Both the position numbers and the translations under genes were made by a program. Below, piece by piece: positions 54,528-64,000 of a DNA stretch of 64,000 nucleotides. The first letter of the stretch is position 1, and every line of letters starts with the position of its first letter. A model generated the notes under the pieces. The model had not been told where the DNA came from, searched no databases, and saw only the letters and a program-made list of their open reading frames with translations. Origin of the DNA: Octopus vulgaris. Lineage: Eukaryota. Location of the stretch: assembly GCA_951406725.2 (NCBI GenBank), contig OX597814.1, positions 38,750,001-38,814,000 on the forward strand. The letters are read 5' to 3'.

Positions 54528-55183
54528 GAACTATCTTTCTTGTGAAACATATCTCATCCTGGAAAGAAATCGATCGGAAGACAGGAAAATATTTCCTAAT
54601 ATGGGCGAATTTGTTTGCTCTTGATGGGCGGCTGTGTTAAATATACACCAATCAGCGCTCGCAGAGATCGGAGCCAGATAATATTTCAAGAGAAATGATG
54701 TAAAATATTCCACAGTAGCAGGATTCTGTAATCAGGAATGAATTTATTGATTGAAACCATCCACCAACCAGAAAGAGAGATGTTCAACGACCATATAACA
54801 CGAGACCCTTCTTTGCCGCTTCTCCCCACAACTGCTACTATCGTTTATTTCTCATATAGATTGCCTGATCTATATCTCAAAAGTTTCAAAACAAATCTCG
54901 ACCCCATTTGCGCAGTACAATTAGAAATTGCTGGTTATTCTTGTCGCATAATGGATTCCCGCCCTAGCAACTATGTTTGGAATTATGCTAATTGTGTTTG
55001 GTTATTTTCCATACAATGCCGGAATGTTGAAACTTGGACAATCTCTGATATTGCAATTTTACTGTAATTAATACAATATTTGAAAGTATCGTATGCAAAT
55101 AAATGTGCTATTCTTAACGCGCGCGTACACAAAAAATACATTCACATATACAGCATATATGTGTAAGTATAACTATCTGTGCG

Positions 55184-55215
<32 letters not shown>

Positions 55216-55639
55216 TGTCTGTATTTATGTATGTATGCATGTGTGTATGTATGTATGTTGTATGCATGTATATATATTCATAAACGAAATAAATAGATAG
55301 ATAGATAGATCATTTACAGTAGCGAATAGAATAAAATATACTCCATAATTCGATAGTCTTGTCCGGTATTTCTACAAATATAGTTGACAGATTCTTGATT
55401 AAGAAGTCAGTGATAATATACAGCAAACTGAGATATTTCTTAGAAAATCAGCTTCTAAGTACAATACAGTAGGGTGTGTCTGATGTTATCTGTAGTTGAA
55501 CACGTTTCAATGACATCTCTGAATTCAATACGCGCTTAGCTGACATTTCAAAAAGACCTGCTTCAGAACAGAACTTCGCTAGATCAAATATAAATATAAC
55601 ATACAGAACTAATACGGCAAGATGACAGCCCCGATAGTA

Positions 55640-55822
55640 TGGCTGGCTAAATGCTTAGCGGCATTTCGTCCACCGTTACATTGTGAGTGCAATGTCCGTC
55701 GAGATCGTTTTATCGTTTGTCTTTCGAGGTTGATAAAATAAGTAATCCTTGAGTCCTGAATTCTATGTAATCAACTATCTCCCTTTCCATAAATTGCTGG
55801 CATTGTGCAAATTTTTGAAACC
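55640..55822 (+). mobile_element. SINE family A, diverged
   Basis: AAATGCTTAGCGGCATTTCGTC...GATAAAATAAGTA...AAATTGCTGGCATTGTGC. Confidence 0.7.
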
Positions 55823-57712
55823 AATATAACATATGTTAGCTTAGAATTATGGATGACGCTTTGAAATGAGAATGAACCGTCCACCCACTGTGAGCAAACT
55901 GCATAATTTCCTAATATACATTGCATCAGTAATATGTTTCAGTGAACACACGTTTACTAAAATGTTGGTAATAAAATATTACTTCCCTGCTCCACTGTTT
56001 GATCATATGTCTAAGCTGACGTCATTATCGTTCTAGTATATGAAGAATATATGGTGTATGAATTCCATCTACCATTCTTTTAAGCCCTGTAATCCATAGT
56101 GTCCTACCTCCTCGTCTGTCATGAGCAGCACTGTATTTCAGTGAGGCTCAGAGAACTGATGTTGTGTATTGTAAGTAATAATTAGCTGTTTTGTTTGCCA
56201 TACCTCACTCAAGACATACTGTGACAAAATGCCTGAGGTTTTGTGAACAAGAAAAGAAAGTAATAACAACGAAGCACATCAACTCGCTTGGAAGAAGCGA
56301 GATTGTGTCCTCATCGCAGATAGTTTTGCACGTTCCATCAGCTTCGAGGAAGCATCCTTTGTCGAGCAGTGATGTCATACATGTAATGTAAGGCAAAGTA
56401 CCTTTGGTGTCGTGCGATGACGTTCCATAAATTTTGCGCTGTTCTAATTTTAAAGATAATTTATTTCTAAAAAATTATTGAGAGTTATTCATATAAAACA
56501 GTAGATTGAAAATAATGAAACCCTTTATTGTTTGACTTTTAAATGTTTATATAGAAATACAAATTTTTTCTCTGTAATGTGATCTGCCAGTACCCTCTAT
56601 AGTAGTAGAAACAAATGTTTTTCATACTACATATACAGGCAGTCTAAACATGAATATTAATAAAACTCATGATTAAAACAAAAATCATGTTTGAAAACTG
56701 AACAGACAGTTTTTAATACAAAGAAAGGCAGAAAATTTATTCATTTTCTTATTATTTCTTTCATCATATTAGTTCGTTAATTGCCACAATGTTTTTAGTA
56801 CAAGACAAATCTACGTTATTTACAAGATTTTATGTTCGGAGTTCGAAATTTGACAAGGTCATTTCTTCATTTTCCCCCATCTATGGTCTATAAAACAATA
56901 TGTGAATTACAAATTGATGTCAACAGTGTCCATTAACAGCCCTCCTCCCAAAATTAGAAATAACTGTTCTAGTGTTTGAAATGTCTTCAATTTTACATAT
57001 TTTTTTAGTTTTTAATTCTATTGAAATATATTGAAACTCTTATAAAATACTAACAACACATGTATACATAAATTAAAACATATGGATAGATATATTGATA
57101 TAGCGTATATATAGATATAACATAAACCTCGAATATCGGAGCTAATAAAAAAATTATATATGGATCAATAAAAGAATAAATTTGCCCTATTTTCCTTGTC
57201 ATGAAAACACGTACTAAATTTATTATACATTTAAATAACAAAAGGATTGTAGATGCATAACATATTTCTATTGTTCACTCTCTGTCCCATTTTCTCCATC
57301 TCATATATGTAATACTTGTAGATGTATATTCCCTTCGCTAAGTCACATTTCCTGGTTACAATGTGGTTAATTGTTTCTCTCTAGTCTCCACATACCCAGG
57401 GTTAATTAACGCACTTTGTTTCCACTGTTCAGCTGTTTCTATTGAAAGGCTTTCATTTCATATGACAGTTGTGAAGCATTATAGCTTATCTCAAGTATTG
57501 TGCTTGTCCAGTGCAATTTCATCGAGACCTCGGAATAAAACAGTCAATAGAATACTTTACAACAATATTAAATAGACCTATGTTTACTGTTTTCAAAGAA
57601 TATGTAACACAAATTAGACAGTTCTGAAGGAAAGTAGACACAATATAAGAAATAATAGTACAAGTTAAACTCTAGTGTAACAGAACAAATAGATCGACAC
57701 ATTGTAACATTG

Positions 57713-57755
<43 letters not shown>

Positions 57756-57869
57756 AAGTACATGGAGAGAGAGATACAGACAGACAGAGTGAGTGAGGCG
57801 TTGCTACATTGTTCCCTTTTCCAATGTCATTGAATGTAATATTTAGTCACATTCTAGATATATTAGTTT

Positions 57870-57990
57870 CAAATTTCGAGGGCATAGTCGATTACCGACA
57901 TCCTGCTATACAACTGGTATTTATTTAATTGACACTGAAAGGATGAAAAGCAAAGTCAATCTCGGCAGCATTTGAACTAAGAAATGTTTC
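57870..57990 (-). mobile_element. SINE family A fragment
   Basis: CAACTGGTATTTATTTAATTGAC..GAAAGGATGAAAAGCAAAGTCAATCTCGGC. Confidence 0.75.
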
Positions 57991-57994
57991 TCCG

Positions 57995-58095
57995 AGATAT
58001 TTTTTGATCTTCGTTGTTTGTGATCCGGATATCACTATAACTATCGGGATAACAGTTACTCTCTTCATTGTCCACATACTTGCAATATCTTCTTT
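57995..58095 (-). mobile_element. Short RLE-LINE remnant
   Basis: DIASMWTMKRVTVIPIVI resembles the EIxRMWxMKxxVIPIVIGAL motif. Confidence 0.5.
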
Positions 58096-58699
58096 AGCTA
58101 CTCCCTTTATTGCCTACATGATGATGATGATGATGATGATGATGGTCTTCTTCATCTGCTTCAACTTCATCTTCATCTGCTTCTTCTTCTGCTTCCTCAT
58201 TCCATCTTTCGTCTTCAGGCTATGGTAGAGGAGAATATTACAGAAAAGCAAACAAAGATCGGCTTTAAATGTAGACCGATTGGCTAATGAAGTCAGCAAG
58301 TATCATTAATATTTGCTTTCAAAATGAAATTTACCTAGCATTTAATAGTACAGAGGGATAGTGTCTGGTCAAATGTTATCAATAACAACGGCAGCAGCAC
58401 TACGTAGATAATTTGATATGAAAACTAACATAAGGTTATCCCAAGGACACAAATGATTCAGAAAGGGATAATAATGGAAAATAATTTTTGATTAGTTTTC
58501 TAGTTAGTTATTATTTTCAATCCTCCACAGACAGTTCATACCATATTTCAAATAGAAATTATAAACAGCAATAATAATACTGCATAAATCTATGTAGACA
58601 TGTGTAAACATACACACACACACACACACACACCCATACACGTGCACACACATGTCTGTGTATTTTTATATGCGCGTGTGTGTATTAATATGCATACAT

Positions 58700-59035
58700 A
58701 TTCATATATCTTATATCAATCTAAATGGCACTTCATCGCTTTCGGCGACGAGGGTTCAAGCTGATCCATTCAGCGGAAGCGTCTGCATGTAATATTAACG
58801 TGTAAATAGCTTAGCACTCCACAGGCACGAGTACCTTTAACGCTGGATCCCAGGGAGATTAAGTGTGACACAGAATGTGACAAAGCTGGTCATTTGAAAT
58901 AAGGGTATTATTCATTTTTGCCAACTGGGCATACTGCAGCAAAGTGCCTTGTTCAGGGACGCAACATGCCGATGAGTATCAACCTCACGACCTCACGATT
59001 GTGAGCCGAATCAACACTACGCTACGTGTCCTCCC
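58700..59035 (-). mobile_element. SINE family C
   Basis: Minus-strand head GTAGCGTAGTGTTGATTCGGCTCACAATCGTGAGGTCGTGAGGTTGATACTC; homologous to 6990-7265. Confidence 0.7.
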
Positions 59036-59914
59036 TATACTTTTATGTATATATCCCTGTTATCTTCATACATACTTCATAATTTTCAGTACAAAACATA
59101 AGTAAAAACAATTCTAATATCATTACACAAATACACATACGGAAAATTTACATGTGGCCACTGACATAAAAAAAAAAAAGAATCTCAACTTTCAAAATGT
59201 GGATGCGACAATAAATCAACGCATAACTGCCGATGCATCTACACAACGGTCAAGTCACCTTTGCTGGAAGTCTTCCCCACATCAACATGTTTATATGAAA
59301 CAATACGGACTGAAAATATGAAGTTATTAATATATCGATTATGAATTTAGAGACTATATTGTTGCAAACCAACGACAAAAACCTTATGAAAATGATGCAT
59401 GCTTAACGAAACACGCATAAAATTAAAGCTGTTCCCTATATATGTTCGTCCGTTGTGGCGACGACGCCTATCTAAGCATTCTTAAGAAAAACTGATAACT
59501 TGCGAATGACATTGATATTTTGCCTCTTCTTGCTCTCTACATTGCACTAGGCGTTACTGCAAGCGTTCAACAATGATGGTTTCTCCCGCTGAAAGTACCG
59601 GATTATAATATAATATTTACTTTGTTCTCTTAGCAACAGAAGCATATAATGCAAAAGACAGTGTGCATCCTCCCGAAAAAGTTATTTGAAATGCGACTGA
59701 TATTTGTATCTACTAACTGTAAATCTCTCCTGTATCTATTTGCTACACATCCACCCTGGCCACTTCTAAAAAGTGCTGATTTTCATTTGAGTTTGATAAT
59801 ATAATGTGCTTATTGGATATCAAACTTGGTAGTGCAATTTGAGACTACTTTGATGTGACCTTAAAATTAAATACTTTACAAAACAGCATTACATGTCACT
59901 TGCATCGAAGTATT

Positions 59915-60081
59915 CTTTTTCTGCTCTAGGTACAAGGCCTGACATTTTGTGGAAGGTAGCCACTCAATTAGATCGACCTCGGTATGCAACTGGTACTTAA
60001 TTTATCGTCACCGAAAGGATGAAAGGCAAAGTCGACCCCGGCGGAATTTGAACTCAGAACGTAAAGACAGACGAAATACAT
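59915..60081 (-). mobile_element. 5'-truncated SINE family A with a 15-bp TSD
   Basis: TTGCATCGAAGTATT at 59900-59914 and 60082-60096. Confidence 0.92.
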
Positions 60082-61825
60082 TTGCATCGAAGTATTAGGT
60101 TAGCACTGTTGTCATAATATGATGTACAGTCACAGGTGTATAAACATCACACTTGCAAGCCTTTCTGACATGTATTGTTTGTAGCTTCAGTTAATGCTAA
60201 TTAAAGAAGCAAATCTGGCGAAGTTTGGTTATTGAAGTTTTCAGTACTTTCTCTGATCTTTTATTTGAAATACCAAAGAATATTTTGCTTTATTAAAAAA
60301 AGTTTCTGGTTTTGTGTGTGGCTTTTCGTGTGTATGTGCTTCTGTGTGTGTGTGTGCATGTGTGTGTGTGAGTGTGTGTTAGAGTATGTATATGTGTCTT
60401 GTGTAGGTGATGGGAATATTATTTTGGAAAGGGAAATACTTTCGAAATTCAATCTTTATCGCATTTATATTACATGTTGGTTGTCTATTATTTACGTATT
60501 TTATTATTATTTTGCAGATCCTGTGAGAGGACATTTTGTTTAGGAACCAAGCCATTTATTTTTGCATTTTGTCTGGCAATCGAGTAAGGCTTCGAAATTT
60601 TCGAGATATCATATAATATATACACTGAAACGTAAGTATAATATTTGTTCTATACAGTACTGTAAAACGAAATTTTAGATATGGATCCACACGAATGATA
60701 TAAACGTAATGTTTTGAAGCATTATTGAAATGATTCAAATATTTATATTACACAACAGAAACTATAGAATGATGTGAAATTGAAAATATTCATTAGTCAT
60801 TGAAAAAAAAAAGTACCTTTTGATTATCTAAGTTAGAGGTTTGTACAGAGACGAATTATTTGTCTAATGTCGGGAAATCTAGCATTAAGTAAACAGAAAA
60901 TATTTTGTCCATTCTCATACCAATCTGTAGTCGAGAAGAACTGATCAATTCGAGACATAATATTAGAAATCTTGTATTAATTAATTTTTATTGATCACAT
61001 AATTCCTTGATTTGCAATTAATAATAAAGTATGGGTTGTTCAGGATAAGTTAGACAACATGCATAAAAAGAAAAGGAGACACAATATTCCCTGAAATTTT
61101 AAAGTATTATGAACAATTAAAAAAAATATTCGCAAGATAATAGCTGAGAGATAGCGGATTACCAAACTTCACGTGTGCGTATACTCACATTTTTGCGGAT
61201 GGTTGTATGAGCGAGTGTTCTCGTGACATGCAGCTTGCTCGTGGGGTTTTATGCAACCATATCTGTTAACGACTATTTTTATACTTTTCTATCTTGACAG
61301 CGTGTTCCTTTCTCTTTTGCCATCTGTGATTTTATTTTATTTATATAAATGAAGATATTTCCTCCGTCTGACTGCTTTTCTCTCTACAGAACGGCAATTT
61401 ATATTGCGGAACAATAATTTTTACGAGCTGTATTTATTTATCACCCGACTATATACATCTGCACCACCGGATACTCCTGAACCAGTTGTTGAGTGTCCCA
61501 CATATGAGAAATCGCTGCTAGATTGGTCGAAAAAATTGTCGTGATTAATAATAAATTCTCGTATATTCTAGTCTTTGCGAATTTTCCAACTTAGAGTAAA
61601 GCAGGAAAAGCAATTAAATTGTGGAAAAATTAAATGAAATGTTTTTCGAAAACATTTCCATAGTTTTCAAATGGAACGGATATTTTCCTTTTTCCTCTCT
61701 GTCTCCCATTTTTAACTCATGTGAGGTCTTGGTCGTACGTAGCAGGCTCTAGTAGCCGTAATATTTTATATGAATTCTTGGTTTTGACTCCTTACGTAAC
61801 AAGGTAGCTGAGAAAGGATGCAGCA

Positions 61826-61940
61826 AAGAAGAAGAAGAAGGGGGAGGAGGAGAAGAAGAAGAAGGAGGAGGAGGAAAAAGAAGAGAAGAAGAAGAAGAAG
61901 AAGAAGAAGAAGAAGAAGAAGAAGAAGAAGAAGAAGAAGA
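61826..61940. repeat. (GAA/GGA)n microsatellite
   Basis: Directly visible. Confidence 0.95.
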
Positions 61941-62129
61941 GGGTGTAGGAACAGAAGAGAAAGAATAAAATAAATGCGGGAGTGGTGTGAGAGTAGTAGG
62001 ATGCTGGTCGATTTCTCTTAAGTGGTCAAGTGACATAAAAGTGACTTGTGGTGAATATAATAGTAGTGGCTGGAATTGTTCTGAGGGTATTATTCTAAGG
62101 CTCTTGTAATAGTGTGATTTGTGGTGGAT

Positions 62130-62740
62130 GTATTCAAAAGCGTTTAATATTTTTTTGATAAAATATGACTCTTTACTAATGCGCTGAATACAGATTACAT
62201 GGTCTTTGAATTTATAGAGGAGAAAAGTTCTGAACCTGGGATGTTTGTTAGTGGCGCCTATGTCGATGTGTTCGCTACATGCTATTTTTCTGTATTGTCG
62301 TAGACTGTTTTTGATTTGGCGATTGTATTGCTCTCGACACCCAGGGCAAGTCCATACGTATATTAGATACTCCGGAGCTCACGTGAAGTTGTTTTCCACT
62401 GTAAAGCGTTGATCCTGCTTGAAAGAGAAGTCCGACCCCTCATTTAGGTTGACGTATATACCACAGTTAGGTCTTTCGCATTTAATTACTGACGGCTTCC
62501 GTGTTGTTGTCGAGCGTAATTGGGCTTTTGTTAGGAGACTTTTCATAGATTATTTTGCTCTTTATGATTGTGTTCGTCTGGAGGATTAAATTCATTTTGT
62601 GGTCCCATTTCAAAAGGGGAATGTTCTGGAGAATGGTGTCAAGAGTTTCGTTGTTAAAAGGGTTGTGTGTGGAGATGTATTGTAGGGGTACTACTGCAGC
62701 TTAAACGATCAAAACCAAGAACTCGTATGAAATATTGGAC
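62130..62740 (-). mobile_element. Penelope-like GIY-YIG endonuclease remnant
   Basis: VIKCERPNCGI...FTVENNFT..EYLIYVWTCPGCREQY...CSEHID...KESYFIKK. Confidence 0.8.
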
Positions 62741-63029
62741 TACTACTACATGCTACCTGCTACCAAGACCACACATGAGTAAAAACGAGAGACAGCTGCA
62801 GACAGAAAAAAAGAAAATTTCCATTTCATTTGAAAACTTGGGAATATTTTGAGAATAGAAAAACATTTCATTCACTTTTCCTCATTTCAATTGTTTTTCA
62901 TGCTTTAATCTAAGTTGAAAAGTCGCAAAAACTGAACCCGGTCCTAAAATATTTGTTCGTCATGATAAAATTATTTTAGCATTTTCTACCTTTTCTTATT
63001 TTGCTTTTATATATATATATATATGTGTA

Positions 63030-63061
<32 letters not shown>

Positions 63062-63109
63062 TGTGTGTGTGTGTGTGTATGTGTGTGTATCATATATAGT
63101 TAGGTAGAT

Positions 63110-63400
63110 ATATAGATACATGGTGTAGGTAGAGTGATCGTTGACTATGTTTGGTATCCCACAAATACTAGTCCTTGGAATTAGAAGCGGGAGAGTCAGG
63201 GTGGGGGGACAGAAATTGCGACCAGAGAAGTGGTAGAAATTCTCCGACAGCTTCTTTTTAATCTTACCAGAGTAATGCCACATAGCCGAACTCTGCTGCC
63301 ATACATATAGACATCTATTTCCACCCCTTTCCAACCTGAAATTGAGCATAATCTCCGGCTTCACATACCCGTCCGAACTGAATCTACGTCACACGACCAA
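63110..63400 (-). mobile_element. Possible Penelope-like 3' fragment
   Basis: Degenerate GIY-YIG C-terminal-like reading followed by a CA-rich trailer. Confidence 0.3.
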
Positions 63401-63608
63401 ACACTTTCACAGCTTTGGAGTAATTTACTGATGAAGTGAAATTCAATATTAATCAAACGGGCAACTATTTAATTAGGACATACATAGGATGAAATAGTTG
63501 GTTAAATATAAAATCAAATCAAATGGTATTGACTCCGTACATGTGTTATTATTAGCACAATGACCTTCCTTAGATACAATAATATACAAACATATGCGTA
63601 TATGTGTG

Positions 63609-63660
<52 letters not shown>

Positions 63661-64000
63661 ACATAAATGTGAAACAATGGAAAAAGAGTACTCAAATACA
63701 GTGGTAGAGTAATATGCTTTATTTTAGCACGTACAAAAACTGAGTTTCTCGTTGCCGTTACGCATATTATATATATCGTGCAACGAACAATATAGCATAG
63801 AAATGCCGTTTTAACGTCTTGTCACCATGTGTGTGTGTATGTGCATACGTTCGAGAGAATACTTGAAGAATATACTCTAGGTGGCCAGAGTCTCATAAAC
63901 AGAATGAATGCAAAAATGATACAGAATATAACTCAAGCATCTATTTGTTCAACTGACAAGTTATTAGTTAAAGGTAATAAAGTACAAACAGTAAGATTAG

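Overview
This is AT-rich, repeat-dominated eukaryotic DNA. The dense (TA)n/(CA)n/(TAA)n microsatellites and the repertoire of tRNA-headed SINEs resemble an Octopus (coleoid cephalopod) genome; that assignment is an inference. No intact protein-coding gene is recognisable, and nearly all listed ORFs are microsatellite or transposon artefacts. The window is a mosaic of several SINE families, decayed RLE-type (R4/Dong/NeSL-like) LINEs, Penelope-like (RT/GIY-YIG) fragments, an RTE remnant, a mariner-type MITE, Chapaev-like and Helitron remnants, and a U2 snRNA 5' fragment. Most notable are: (i) a tRNA-headed SINE-like unit with a Penelope-type minimal hammerhead ribozyme in its tail, plus other hammerhead motifs; (ii) a same-strand stack of retroelements separated by (TAA)n tracts, with a 28-bp stutter at a 5' truncation; (iii) several long inverted repeats; and (iv) a few speculative exon candidates. 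Repeat boundaries were judged by eye and are approximate.
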